This document shows positions 42,366 to 56,853 of a stretch of 64,000 nt of DNA, in pieces. The position numbers and the translations under genes were made by a program. The notes beneath the pieces are model-generated. The model was not told the origin of the DNA. It did no database searches and saw only the letters and a program-made list of their open reading frames with translations. The DNA is from Eledone cirrhosa (Eukaryota), in the NCBI GenBank assembly GCA_964016885.1, contig OZ024745.1:24304001-24368000 (forward strand). The letters run 5' to 3'. Position 1 is the first letter of the stretch; each line of letters starts with the position of its first letter.

Positions 42366-42382
42366 TCTCCCTCTTAGACCTA

Positions 42383-42428
<46 letters not shown>

Positions 42429-42465
42429 CAAATTGAAGGCCGGCAAATTGAAGGGAAGCGGAAAA

Positions 42466-42530
<65 letters not shown>

Positions 42531-42644
42531 CCGCTTCCCTTCAATTTGCCGGCCTTGTGCCAAAAGTAGAAACTCCAACAACCATGATAATAATAATAAT
42601 AATAAGTGGTGGTGGTGGTGGTGGTGACGATGATGATGATGATA

Positions 42645-42696
<52 letters not shown>

Positions 42697-43439
42697 CGAC
42701 GACGACGGCAAATATTGCTAATGTATATGCATGTGTGGGGTGGGGGGATTTGACGTGTACAACTTCAATATAACAGCAGACATTAAAAAGGTGAGAAAAA
42801 TAGATTTGTATAAACCATATATGTACAGATACACTTTGACCTGAACATAATGGTCGAAAAGTATGGAAGAGGTACGGCAATATGCCAGCTGGAAATAAAT
42901 AGTTTTATTCGTAAAATAATTATGTGAGTCAAATAGAAAAAGTCACTTACTTTTTAATACATCTCTAAGAACACAAAATGATTTGAAAATCTGCCGTAGG
43001 AGATATTGAAGCTATAATTAAAGACCTTATTCATACACTATATTACTAAATGGTTGTCCTGGGGATTAAAATGTGCAATGTTTGATTTTAAGAAATGGGT
43101 ATGGTAAATAAATGTGTCAGGAAATTGCTTGGTAGTGCTTTCTTTATAGAAGTAAACGATCTTTTAAGCTGAGAATAATGATAATATCAGCAAAAAGGAA
43201 TTATTGAATTCTTGACAATGGGGACATGAGAATAATACAAGTCTTTCTCGGAAGCTCTCCTGAAAATATACCAAAAGCGAAAGTGCAGTAAAGCTAAGGG
43301 TTCATCTGTGACGACAATAAATATTTAACGGCTCTCTATCCGAAAAAAAGCAACAAAAAAAACTAACAATAACACAGACACATGTAACAGGAATAAAAGC
43401 AACAAAAATAAGCTGATAATGAGAAAAGTGATTAATCTT

Positions 43440-43640
43440 TTCCGCCAAGACGAAGCTGAACATCATACGATACAGCAGCAGTTTTCAAATGAGGCTCAAA
43501 TTTTACCACTCCCTGGTTATTTCGATCCTTTTCTATGGGTGTCAGAGTTGGATTCTTAGAGTTGATATGGAACGAAGGCTGCTACAGATCTCCTATACAA
43601 AGCACGAAACAAACAGTTTTGTCAGACCGCAAGTCGACAT
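43440..43640 (+). pseudogene. RTE-type LINE ORF remnant
   Basis: RLKFYHSLVISILFYGCQSWIL...RRLLQISY, typical post-RT region. Confidence 0.65.
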
Positions 43641-43835
43641 ACGAGGTTCGGCTGAAACTTTCATAGGCTGACTATGAAGGAGTGATGCTAGAGCTGTGAA
43701 ATATTGCATGCATTAATTTCAACTCTTCTTATTAATAACTGCACTGTTTCTTTCAGAGACTATGCGAAAAAAAAAAAAACACATTTTGTCATTCCATGAG
43801 AGTCAACCTTCGAAACTTTTCAGCTGAACCTCGTA
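43640..43835 (+). mobile_element. mariner-type MITE nested in the RTE remnant (extra TIR at ~43897-43922)
   Basis: TA-CGAGGTTCGGCTGAAA ... TTTCAGCTGAACCTCG-TA. Confidence 0.8.
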
Positions 43836-44542
43836 AACTTCTCAACAGACTCAGATGCCCTAGTCGATAAAAACTTGATATTTACCAACCCAACAGTTTG
43901 AACTTTTCAGCCGAACCTCGTATATGGGGTCAGACAAGGCACCACTGCCATTCCATGTGCTATTTTACCCGATTGTTTGAGTTATTATCTATAGCAATTG
44001 ACTGCGTTTGGGATTCCTACATTTTCCCCAAATTCCAGATTATTCAGTACTGCGAATTTCTTTCACTCCTCTTTTTCGCTTGACCAATGTATACTGACCG
44101 ACTGCCGCTGAAGGGATAGGGTTTTTAAGCCCTTCGATTATATATTGCCCTACGGTTGATTAAAGGTAAAGGATAAAGACCCCCTTCTGTCACGCATGAC
44201 TATGAGATTTGCACCTAGAAAGTTCCCCTCCGAGGTACAAGTCTGGCTAAGGTTGTATGTGGAAGACCAGTAGTCCCCCATGCATACCAGTCTCCTCTCT
44301 ATACACCACCTTTGTTGTCCAAGGGAAAGACAATCTTAACAAAAACATATGTTTTACCATCCCCTTGCATCTAGGACTGCCTCAGAAACGTAACCTTTTA
44401 CCCAATGTTGCTGTCTGATGAGATCACAACAATGGTTAAATAATCAAGTGACCATGATCACCATTGAAATATGTATCACAGCTTTATTAATAAACGACTC
44501 TTTAACATCTACAACTTCGCATTTTCCTCATTATATATATAG

Positions 44543-44577
<35 letters not shown>

Positions 44578-44834
44578 AAGATAGATAGATAGATAGATTT
44601 ATGTGTGTGTGTGTGTGTGTGTGCATTATATATACGTATGTACGTGTGTGTAGAAATGGATGCCGAAGGTATATAATCAATCTGATTGCTTAACAACTTT
44701 CATATGGCGTCATATATTTTTCAAAAAAAATTCAAATATTTTGAATTTCTTACTTTTTCCTCTTTTATGCTCCCTCTCATATCTCTGTAGAAAACATCTC
44801 CGATTCGTCCACAGCCACATTCTCTTATTCTCTC

Positions 44835-44890
<56 letters not shown>

Positions 44891-44915
44891 CTCGGAACTC
44901 TCTTCCTAACCTATT

Positions 44916-44951
44916 TATCCTAAAGAAGGGCTTATGCCCGAAACGTCGTTC
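44916..44951 (+). ncRNA. Degenerate minimal hammerhead (CUAAAGA core) in (TA)n-flanked pLTR fragment 44889-45030
   Basis: CTAAAGA-A-GGGC-TTAT-GCCC-GAAA-CG-TC. Confidence 0.5.
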
Positions 44952-45189
44952 CCCACCCACTCTCAAGAGCGTGAACCTAATAAACCTTTATTTGTCTGCC
45001 TCTCTGTTTTGTTCCCGTCTAAATTTGCACTATATATATATATATTGTTATACTTTGGGAGGGTCATGTTGCCAATAAGAAACACACGCACCAGTTGCTT
45101 TCACTTCAATTTATTATAATAAATTTATAATAAATTTATAAATTTCTGGTTGGTTAGTTGGTTCCACAACCAGATAGTTGTTTATATAT

Positions 45190-45234
45190 AGTCATAGTTC
45201 TTTCGTCACACACTCTGTGACCTCTTCAGTGACT
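45190..45234 (-). ncRNA. Type I hammerhead motif
   Basis: Reverse complement of 45421-45465. Confidence 0.75.
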
Positions 45235-45420
45235 GGGGATTCCTTTCTTTTTTTCTGTGCCTCTCCTTTGTTCTGTCCTACGCCATTTTGTTTCTGTGTG
45301 TGTGTTGTGTGCTCAGTCTGCGCATGCGCCACATCCGGGTGACCACACAACACACACACAGAAACAAAATGACGTAGGACAGAACAAAGGAGAGGCACAG
45401 AAAAAAAGTAAGGAATCCCC

Positions 45421-45465
45421 AGTCACTGAAGAGGTCACAGAGTGTGTGACGAAAGAACTATGACT
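45421..45465 (+). ncRNA. Type I hammerhead motif
   Basis: AGTCA-CTGAAGA(45426-32)-GTCACA/TGTGAC-GAAA(45451-54)-GAAC-TA^TGACT. Confidence 0.8.
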
Positions 45466-45664
45466 ATATATAAACAACTATCTGGTTGTGGAACCAACCA
45501 ACCAACCAGAAATTTATAAATTTATTATAAATTTATTATAATAAATTGAATTGAAAGCAACTGTGCGTGTGTTTCTTATTGGCAACATGACCCTCCCAAA
45601 GTATAACAATATCGGTTTCAACACACGATTTCAGATAAAGAATCTTGCTAAACAAATTCTGAAA

Positions 45665-45711
<47 letters not shown>

Positions 45712-45719
<8 letters not shown>

Positions 45720-46967
45720 GGAAGATGTCTGTCTGTGTGTATGTATGATTTTTATGCATTTCCACATTTCTCTACCGATTTTGATGATTCTTTTTCCAAT
45801 GTGCTCCAAATTTACCAACGATGGTCAACGCGTAATAAATTTTGGCAAAAATGTCCTGCTTCTATGAAAGAATCTATAAAACTAAATACATGCTATAACC
45901 CTCTCTCTTACACTCTTAATCCCTCTCTGTACTACCCTCAAAAATCGATGAAACTACATACATGTTGCAACTCTCTTTAAAAGGTTCATCCCTCCCTCTA
46001 CTCCCCTCTCAATCTCCTCTGCAACTCTAACAGCGACAAAACTTCGTTCAGGAACGTGACATAAACTTTGAAAACTAAGCGACACATTTATACAACAACA
46101 AACATAGTCATAACGACGCTCATACATCAAATAACAAAACTTAAAAAGCCGATAAAACTAAATACATTTCATTGAAAACATTTTCTAAGTGAGTTAATAT
46201 CTGTATACAACAACTACAACGGTACGCGATGGGGCCCACCCACAGCCCCGGCGGACAGAATGGAGAAGGCGTTTCCCCGGAAGACGGCAAGGGAGACGCG
46301 CTGGAAAAGCCACTCCAACTCGCCGGGCTCATACCTGCGACTGGCCAGCTCAGCGCCTATGGTGGTGAGTAAGGAGGTAGCCCTGGGGCCGAGGATACCA
46401 GAAGTCTCCACTGCCAGGGGTACGACCGCAAACCTGTCGGAGCGCGACCGGTTTTGACCATTACATTTTACATCAAATAACAAATATTCAAAAGCAACAG
46501 ATGAATTTATACAACAACAAACGTAGTCATAACGACGCTTAAGCATTTATTTACTTGAATCTCAACAAAGACATTATATTTTATTGTTGTCGTTTTTGTA
46601 AATTGTTTTCTTTTTTTTTAGCAATATGAGACAAAAAAATAATGAGAAAACTTTTTTCAGGAACGTCCGATTTTGATTTTTTTTCCAGTATGCTACAAAT
46701 TATCGCCCCTGTTTACGCTCTTTTGTGCTATAACTCAGACGGGCTTGGCTTACAGGTTTGACCTACTATTTGACGTGCATATTCATGCAACTTACTTAGT
46801 ACTCACTTTCCACTTATTCACTGTTCAATTGAAATTTTTCGCTACCCCCCCCCCCCTCCTTGCTTACCCGTATTTACTTTCTTTGCCTCAATAATCATAA
46901 TTGAGTGGAATCATTAAGAGTACTTTAATGCAATTAAACTCCGAGCAACGCCGGGCACTCCTGCTAG
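45712..46967 (+). mobile_element. Non-autonomous Helitron
   Basis: 5' TATAAAACGGAAGATGTCTGTCTGTG; 3' CCGAGCAACGCCGGG hairpin + CTAG (46964-67). Confidence 0.7.
46214..46455 (-). pseudogene. CRE-like non-LTR retrotransposon restriction-like endonuclease C-terminus inside the Helitron
   Basis: VVPLAVETSGILGPRATSLL...EWLFQRVSLAVFRGNAFSIL; sharply GC-rich relative to flanks. Confidence 0.7.
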
Positions 46968-47095
46968 TATATATATATAAATATATGTATGTCATCTTTC
47001 TTTCTATCACACAATCTACCTGTCTGTCTCACTCTCTCTCACACTTTCTATATTAACTCTTCCTCTGATACTTCTCTCTCTCTCTCTCTCACACA

Positions 47096-47163
<68 letters not shown>

Positions 47164-47544
47164 CACTGCTGTCTCTGTAAATGTATCATCGTTACATCAC
47201 CTTATCCTGTATCCTGAAGGTACAACCCACACTTTCTATCTTGATTTCAAATCACTACCATACCAACATACCACCACACCACCATACCGCCATATCACCA
47301 TATCACATATTTCACGGCACAACTGCCATCACTTCCAGCTCTACCTTTACCACAATCACCATCATCATCACCCCAACCCCACCACCACCATCATCATCAC
47401 CACCTTCACCACAATCACAACGTTATAACAACCACCATACCATTATCATCACCACGTCACCATCTTCACCACCACCACCACCATCACCACACCACACCAC
47501 TACATCACCACCTTCACCAAAATCACCACATTATCCCAATCATC

Positions 47545-50500
47545 ACCACTACCAATACCATCACCACCACCACTACTATCACAACCACCACCAATACCAT
47601 CACCAATACCATCTCCACCACCACCACCACCACCACCAATACCATCACCAATTCCATCACCAGCACCACCACCACCAATACCATCACCACCACCACCACC
47701 AATATCATCACCACTACCATCAACACCACCAATACCATCACCACCACCACCACCACCAATATCATCACCACTACCATCACCACCACCACCACCACCAATA
47801 CCATCACCACCACCAAAACCACCATTACTACCATCAACACCAATACCATCACCACCACCAAAACCACCATTACTACCATCACCACCACCACCACCAATAC
47901 CATCACCACCACCAAAACCACCACTACTACCATCACCACCACCACCAATACCATCACCACCACCAAAACCACCATTACTACCATCACCACCACCACCACC
48001 AATACCATCACCACCACCAAAACCACCACTACTACCATCACCACCACCACCAATACCATCACCACCACCAAAACCACCATTACTACCATCACCACCACCA
48101 CCAATACCATCACCACCACCAAAACCACCACTACTACCATCACCACCACCACCAATACCATCACCACCACCACCAATACCATCACCACCACCAAAACCAC
48201 CATTACTACCATCACCACCACCACCACCAATACCATCACCACCACCAAAACCACCATTACTACCATCACCACCACCACCAATACCATCACCACCACCAAA
48301 ACCATCACTACTACCATCACCACCACCACCACCAATACCATCACCACCACCAAAACCACCACTACTACCATCACCACCACCACCACCAATACCATCACCA
48401 CCACCAAAACCACCACTACTACCATCACCACCACCACCAATACCATCACCACCACCAAAACCACTACTACTACCATCACCACCACCACCAATACCATCAC
48501 CACCACCAAAACCACCACTACTACCATCACCACCACCACCAATACCATCACCACCACCAAAACCACCACTACTACCATCACCACCACCAATACCACACCA
48601 CCACCAAAACCACCACTACTACCATCACCACCACCACCAATACCATCACCACCACCAAAACCACCACTACTACCATCACCACCACCACCACCAATACCAT
48701 CACCACCTCAAAACCACCACTACTACCACCACCACCATTACCAATACCATCACCACCACCAAAACCACCACTACCATCACCACCACCACCACCAATACCA
48801 TCACCACCACCAAAACCACCACTACTACCATCACCACCACCACCAATACCATCACCACCACCAAAACCACTACTACTACCATCATCACCACAACCACCAA
48901 TACCATCACCACCACCAAAACCACCACTACTACCATCACCACCACCACCAATACCATCACCACCACCCAAACCACCACTACTACCATCACCACCACCACC
49001 AATACCATCACCACCACCAAAACCACCACTACTACCATCACCACCACCACCAATACCATCACCACCACCAAAACCACCACTACTACCATCACCACCACCA
49101 CCAAACCACCCACCACCAAAACCACCACTACTACCACCACCACCACCATACCAATACCATCACCACCACCAAAACCACCTACCATCACCACCACCACCAC
49201 CAATACCATCACCACCACCAAAACCACCACTACTACCATCACCACCACCACCAATACCATCACCACCACCAAAACCACACTACTACCCATCATCACCACA
49301 CCACCAATACCATCACCACCACCAAAACCACCACTACCATCACCACCCCCACCAATACCATCACCACCACCAAAACCACCACTACTACCATCACCACCAC
49401 CACCAATACCATCACCACCACCAAAACCACCACTACCATCACCACCACCACCACCAATACCATCACCACCACCAAAACCACCACTACTACCATCACACCA
49501 CCACCACCAATACCATCACCACCACCAAAACCACTACTACTACCATCATCACCACAACCACCAATACCATCACCACCACCAAAACCACCACTACTACCAT
49601 CACCACCACCACCAATACCATCACCACCACCAAAACCACCACTACTACCACCACCACCCCCACCAATACCATCACCACCACCAAAACCACCACTACTACC
49701 ATCACCACCACCACCAATACCATCACCACCACCAAAACCACCATTACTACCACCACCACCAATACCATCACCACCACCAAAACCACCACTACTACCATCA
49801 CCACCACCACCAATACCATCACCACCACCACCACCACCACCAATACCATCACCACCACCAAAACCACCACTACTACCATCACCACCACCACCAATACCAT
49901 CACCACCACCAAAACCACCACTACTACCATCACCACCACCACCAATACCATCACCACCACCAAAACCACCACTACTACCATCACCACCACCACCAATACC
50001 ATCACCACCACCAAAACCACCACTACTACCACCACCACCACCATTACCAATACCATCACCACCACCAAAACCACCACTACCATCACCACCACCACCACCA
50101 ATACCATCACCACCACCAAAACCACCACTACTACCATCACCACCACCACCAATACCATCACCACCACCAAAACCACTACTACTACCATCATCACCACAAC
50201 CACCAATACCATCACCACCACCAAAACCACCACTACTACCATCACCACCCCCACCAATACCATCACCACCACCAAAACCACCACTACTACCATCACCACC
50301 ACCACCAATACCATCACCACCACCAAAACCACCACTACCATCACCACCACCACCACCAATACCATCACCACCACCAAAACCACCACTACTACCATCACCA
50401 CCACCACCAATACCATCACCACCACCAAAACCACTACTACTACCATCATCACCACAACCACCAATACCATCACCACCACCAAAACCACCACTACTACCAT

Positions 50501-51442
50501 CACCACCACCACCAATACCATCACCACCACCAAAACCACCACTACTACCACCACCACCCCCACCAATACCATCACCACCACCAAAACCACCACTACTACC
50601 ATCACCACCACCACCAATACCATCACCACCACCAAAACCACCATTACTACCACCACCACCAATACCATCACCACCACCAAAACCACCACTACTACCATCA
50701 CCACCACCACCAATACCATCACCACCACCACCACCACCACCAATACCATCACCACCACCAAAACCACCACTACTACCATCACCACCACCACCAATACCAT
50801 CACCACCACCAAAACCACCACTACTACCATCACCACCACCACCAATACCATCACCACCACCAAAACCACCACTACTACCATCACCACCACCACCAATACC
50901 ATCGCCACCACCAAAACCACCACTACTACCATCACCACCACCACAAATACCATCACCACCACCAAAACCACCACTACTACCATCACCACCACCACCAATA
51001 CCATCACCACCACCAAAACCACCACTACTACCATCACCACCACCACCAATACCATCGCCACCACCAAAACCACCACTACTACCATCACCACCACCACAAA
51101 TACCATCACCACCACCAAAACCACCACTACTACCATCACCACCACCACCAATACCATCACCACCACCAAAACCACCACTACTACCATCACCACCACCACC
51201 AATACCATCACCACCACTACTACCATCACCACCACCACCAATACCATCACCACCACCAAAACCACCACTACTACCATCACCACCACCACCAATACCATCA
51301 CCACCACCAAAACCACCACTACTACCATCACCACCACCACCACCAATACCATCACCACCACCAAAACCACCACTACTACCATCACCACCACCACCACCAA
51401 TACCATCACCACCACCAAAACCACCACTACTACCATCATCAC
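47545..51442. repeat. ~51-bp (ACC)n-derived minisatellite with 900-bp higher-order duplication
   Basis: Unit AATACCATCACCACCACCAAAACCACCACTACTACCATCACCACCACCACC; 49501-~50000 repeated at 50401-~50900. Confidence 0.95.
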
Positions 51443-51504
51443 TACTGGTTTCTATCGACGAATCACTACTACTATCACTACCACCACTATGAGCCCCGTA
51501 ACAC

Positions 51505-52190
51505 AACAATACTGTACCTTCCACACCAGCGCCACCTATGTTTGCGGTGCCAACAACAACAATACTGTTCCATCTACACCAGCGCCACCTATGTTGATTA
51601 CGATGCCATCAACAACAACAATACCGTTCCATCTACACCAGCGCCACCTATGTTGATTACGATGCCATCAACAACAACAATACCGTTCCATCTACACCAG
51701 CGCCACCTATGTTGATTACGATGCCATCAACAACAACAATACCGTTCCATCTACACCAGCGCCACCTATGTTGATTACGATGCCATCAACAACAACAATA
51801 CTGTTCCATCTACACCAGCGCCACCTATGTTGATTACGATGCCATCAACAACAACAATACCGTTCCATCTACACCAGCGCCACCTATGTTGATTACGATG
51901 CCATCAACAACAACAATACCGTTCCATCTACACCAGCGCCACCTATGTTGATTACGATGCCATCAACAACAACAATACCGTTCCATCTACACCAGCGCCA
52001 CCTATGTTGATTTCGATGCCATCAACAACAACAATACTGTTCCTTCTACACCAGCGCCACCTATGTTTTCTACGATGCCAACAACAACAACAATGCTGTT
52101 CCTTCCACACCAGCGCCACCTATGTTTGCGATGCCAACAACAATACTGTTCCATCCACACCAGCGCCACCTATGTTGTTTACGATGCCAG
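51505..52190. repeat. 59-bp minisatellite, ~12 copies
   Basis: TACACCAGCGCCACC anchors at 51575, 51634, 51693 and onward. Confidence 0.9.
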
Positions 52191-52244
52191 CGGAAATGAA
52201 TTTCAAAGCTAATTAAGTCATCGACTCCATTAGTGATGCAACGG

Positions 52245-53190
52245 GGAGGGGGTGTAGTTGACTGAGATGGTGGGGATGGTGGTGGCGGTGGTGTGGTGGT
52301 AGGTTGGTGGGGGGTAGTTGACTGAGATGGTGGGGATGGTGGTGGAGGTGGTGTAGTGGTAGGTTGGGGGGGGGGGGATAGTTGACTGAGATGGTGGGGA
52401 TGGCGGTGGAGGTGGTGTGGTGGTAGGTTGGGGGGGTTGACTGAGATAGTGGGGATGGTGGTGGTAGGTTGTGTGTGTGTGTGTGGGGGGTAGTTGACTG
52501 AGATGGGGGGGGGGGGTAGTTGACTGAGATGGTGGGGATGGTGGTGGCGGTGGTGTGGTGGTAGGTTGGTGGGGGGTAGTTGACTGAGATGGTGGGGATG
52601 GTGGTGGAGGTGGTGTGGTGGTAGGTTGGGGGGGGGGATAGTTGACTGAGATGGTGGGGATGGTGGTGGCGGTGGTGTGGTGGTAGGTTGGGGGGGGGAT
52701 AGTTGACTGAGATGGTGGGGATGGTGGTGGCGGTGGTGTGGTGGTAGGTTGGTGGGGGGTAGTTGACTGAGATGGTGGGGATGGTGGTGGCGGTGGTGTG
52801 GTGGTAGGTTGGGGGGGGGGGGGGGGGGGGTAGTTGACTGAGATGGTGGGGATGGTGGTGGAGGTGGTGTGGTGGTAGGTTGTGTGTATGTGGGGGGGTA
52901 GTTGACTGAGATGGTGGTGGGGTAGTTGACTGAGATGGTGGGGATGGTGGTGGCGGTGGTGTGGTGGTAGGTTGGTGGGGGGAGTTGACTGAGATGGTGG
53001 GGGGTAGTTGACTGAGATGGTGGGGATGGTGGTGGAGGTGGTGTGGTGGTAGGTGGGTCGGGGGGGGGGGGGGGGGGGTAGTTGACTGAGATGGTGGGGA
53101 TGGTGGTGGCGGTGATGATGATGATGATGGGGAAATGGTGGTAGGTTGGTGGTGGGAGTAGTTGACTGAGAGGGTGGGGATGGTGGTGGT
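52245..53190. repeat. G-rich ~61-bp minisatellite (GTTGACTGAGATGGTGGGGATGG...)
   Basis: Recurrent GTTGACTGAGA anchors with G-tracts. Confidence 0.9.
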
Positions 53191-54562
53191 GGTTGGGGTG
53201 GTGGGGAGGGCGATGATGGTGATGATGGTGCTGGGGACGGTGAGGGTGATGGTGGAGAAGGGGAGATGATGGATGGGGATGGCTGGGTGGTGGGAGGGAA
53301 ATGGCGTTGGGGATGGTAGTTGGGATGGTGATGATGGTGAGGATGGGGATGGGGATGATGGGGAGAGGGAGATGATGGTGGGGAAGGTGCTATTTTATTT
53401 TTATTTGTGTTAGTGTTGTTGTTAGTCGTGTTGGTAGTAGTCTTGTTTGTGATGCTGTTGTTGTTGTTGGTGGTGGTGTGGTGTTTGTGGTGAGGGTGGT
53501 GTGGTCCTGATGATTGTAGCGCTGTTGTTGTTATTGTGGTGGAGGTGGTGGTGTTGCAGTTGTTATTGTTTTTATTGTTGTTGTTCATATGGTGATGGTG
53601 GTGGAAGTGGTGGCGTTCGGCCGCGGCGGTGATGGTGGTGGTGGTGGCGTTCGGCGGTGGCGGTAGTGGTGGTGGTCGTGGTAGTGGTGGTGGTGGTGGT
53701 GTTGGCGTTCGTCGGCGGCAGCGGCGGTGGTGGACGCTGCGGTGGTGGTGGTGGTGGTGGTGGTGGTGGTGGCGGCGGCGGCGGAGGTGGTGGCGTTCGG
53801 CGGTGGCGGCGGCTGCGGTGGTGGTGGTGATGATGGTGATGATTATAATGTCGATTAACAACAGTTCTGTAAAGTCGTTTAGTGGTGACCATCTCACTGT
53901 ATTAGTCGATGTGTCTTACCTCGCTGTCATATGAGGAAGTTTGACTACTATTGCTAGCACGTTAAGTGACACCTTCAGGGATCGTCATTCCAACGTTAGT
54001 GATGTTGCTATTGCTCATGATGGTTTTCCCGATGGTTTTCATGATAGGAGTCATGTTAACAATGATGATGATGGTGATGGCTGGTGGTGATGACGATGGG
54101 GTGTCAGTCATGATATAGAGTGTGTGTATATAATTTTAGAGGAGCAACGCTTCGGAGAGAGGGACAGAGAGAGAGAGAGAGGGTGAGAAAGAGGTGAAGT
54201 AGAGAGTGAGAAAGAGAGAGAGAGAGAAATGTGGGGTAGAGAAAGAGAGAGAGAGAGAAAGGTGAGGTAGAGAGAGAGAGGCAGACACTGGGAGAGAAAA
54301 AAAAGAGAGGATTGACAGAAAGGGCAAAAGAGATAGAGAGAGAAAGAGAGAGAGAGAGCGGGAGAGAGAGGGGGAGAGAGAGAGTAAGAGGGGGAAGGGC
54401 TTGAGGCAGCGATAGTGTATGGTTTGTGCGTGGGTTGTTGTACCTAAAGCAGATCACTATGGGTGATAGTGGCGGTGGTGGCGGCAGGAGTAGTGTGGGG
54501 GAGATGGGGGCAAAGGTGGATGGGAAAGGGACTTTCTATACCAATTAATTAGCAGATGAAGA

Positions 54563-54616
<54 letters not shown>

Positions 54617-54663
54617 CAGCAGCAGCAGTAGTAGTGGTAGTAGTAGTAGTAGCAGCAGCAGCA

Positions 54664-54723
<60 letters not shown>

Positions 54724-54832
54724 TTTACTGTTGTTGTACATGAAACAGTTGTGTGTGTGTGTATTTGTGTGTTTGTGTTTGCTTGTGTGTCTGTGTATAA
54801 TGTTTTGTGTGGATTTGTGTTTGTATATTTCT

Positions 54833-55003
54833 CGGTAGAGGGTCGGACACCATGCTTTGAAGCATAGAGTTACCTCCCTGTATAATCTGAGTTCAAATCC
54901 CGCCGAGGTTAACTTTGCCTTTCATCCTTACGGGGTCGATAAAATAAAGTACCAGTAATGCACTGACTAATTGCTGGCCTTGTGCAAAAAGTAGAAATAA
55001 TTA
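54833..55003 (+). mobile_element. S1 SINE
   Basis: Family match. Confidence 0.85.
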
Positions 55004-55062
55004 TGTGAATATATATATATATATATACTGTATATATGTGTGTGCATGCATATATATATATA

Positions 55063-55600
55063 CTAGCAGCTGAGCCCGGTTGCACCCGAGGCCACTTTTT
55101 ATTAAGTTAATAATTTGAAAAATATTATTGAAAGTTTATTATAAAGAAGCAGTTTCAGGAAAAAAAATAGAAATATGCACTTGGGGCTGGACGGCGTACA
55201 ATGAGAAGTGGAGCGACGTGAAAAGCGAAATAGCAATGTCGATGATATGCAATTTGAAAAATACTACTTACTGTTAGTGGTGGTTAACATGTATTAGAAT
55301 TAAAATAAAAACACGCGTCCCTTCTTCGCAATTTAAGGGTTTTATTTCTTTTGTTGGAAAACAGTGACCGTACTGCAGAATCGATTTCATAAAACGGTAC
55401 TGTGAAAATGAAACGTACTGTAGAAGGCAAAAGTTTATTAATCTGCATTTTCAAACTTGCATATCATCGACATTGCTATTTCGCTGTTAATAAACAACGC
55501 TTTTCACTTCGCTCCACTTCTCATTGTACGCCGTCAAAATTGATATTTTGAAAAGATTATTTAAAAGAAACAAAATAAGAATAAGATTTTGATTTGCACC
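55063..55600 (-). mobile_element. Helitron 3' end with internal inverted repeat (right boundary uncertain)
   Basis: rc CTCGGGTGCAACCGGG hairpin + CTAG at 55063-66; 55190-55260 inverted at 55450-55535; 55538-55596 matches 60520-60590. Confidence 0.55.
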
Positions 55601-55800
55601 GGCACCAATGCTACACTTTCTATAGCCAGCCTTCCCTGGTTGGCCATTGACGCAAAAGGAAGCTTGTTGCTGGTGCTGTTATTTGTGATTCACTGTGAGA
55701 TCCATACAGTGATCATGTCTCGAGTTACCTGCCGGCGAAACAATTGTAACACGCATTAAACTGAGTCCAGATGCATCACAGATTTTTCGTTTTTTTATAC

Positions 55801-55832
<32 letters not shown>

Positions 55833-55834
55833 AT

Positions 55835-56490
55835 AGGAGATAGGGAAGAAACAATCAACCACATAGTCTCTGGATGCCCAGCTCTCTCCAAAAAACAATT
55901 TATCCACAGGCATGATAGAGTTGGGACCTTCATACACTGGAAATAATGCCAGCGTTATGAAATACCAAGAGAAAAAGGATGGTACAAACACACACCAGGG
56001 AAAGTGCCAGAGAAAAACAAAGCAAACATTCTCTGGGATATGCCAATACATACACACAGATAGATCAAGGCCAACCGACTAGATATTATAGTCAAAGACA
56101 ACAAAGAAAAAGATGCCTTCTGATAAATGTATCAGTCTCCACAGACGACAATATATCTTCCAAGGAAATAAAGAAACTCTCCAAATATAAAGAGCTAGGG
56201 ATAGAAATAGCTCCAATGAGGAAAATGAAACCAGAAATAATACCTATGATAATCGGTCGTCTAGGAATGATAAAAACACACACAGAGACAAATACATAAC
56301 CAAAACCCCATGACTTATAAATATATACGGCATACAAAAGATAGCACTACTAGGCACTGGACCTATACTACGAAATTTACTATCAATACAATAGAAACAT
56401 CAGCAAAAACTACACTGCACATACCCAAGGCGCACAGAGCTGTGCTCGGTAAAGCAGTAATGATGCACAATACAAATAATAATGGAAATA
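55835..56490 (+). pseudogene. R4/Dong-like RLE non-LTR retrotransposon 3' end, degraded
   Basis: ETINHIVSGCPALSKKQFIHRHDRV; ILWDMPI; DIIVKD; KLSKYKELGIEI; IPMIIGRLGMI; IQKIALLGT. Confidence 0.8.
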
Positions 56491-56494
56491 ATAA

Positions 56495-56680
56495 TAATTG
56501 TTTCTACTTTTGGCACAATGCCAGCAATTATCCCAGTGTATTACTGGTACTTTATTTTATCGTCACCGTAAGGATGAAAGGCAAAGTTAACCTCGACGGG
56601 ATTTGAACTCAGACCGTAAAGGGACGTAACTATGCTAGAAAGCATGTTGTCCAACCCTCTACCGATACTGCCAATTCACC
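56495..56680 (-). mobile_element. S1 SINE
   Basis: Family match. Confidence 0.85.
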
Positions 56681-56762
56681 GTCACTGGAAATAATAATAA
56701 TATTATATATATATATATACTGTACAGAGAGAGAGAGAGAGAAAGAGAAAGAAAGAGAGAGC

Positions 56763-56853
<91 letters not shown>

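Larger units (their letters stand above)
45045..45668. mobile_element. Palindromic (TA)n-inserted element, family E, hammerhead in each arm
   Basis: ~265-bp arms 45045-45310/45345-45610 plus tail; homolog 63086-63540. Confidence 0.8.

Noticed and set aside
47181-51656. 1491-aa His/Pro/Thr-rich ORF (mucin- or extensin-like)
   Set aside because: Composition switches with single-base slips in one 51-bp satellite, and several frames are open; no splice or domain evidence.
51505-52190. CRISPR-like regular repeat
   Set aside because: Head-to-tail 59-bp units with no unique spacers, eukaryotic context, no cas genes.
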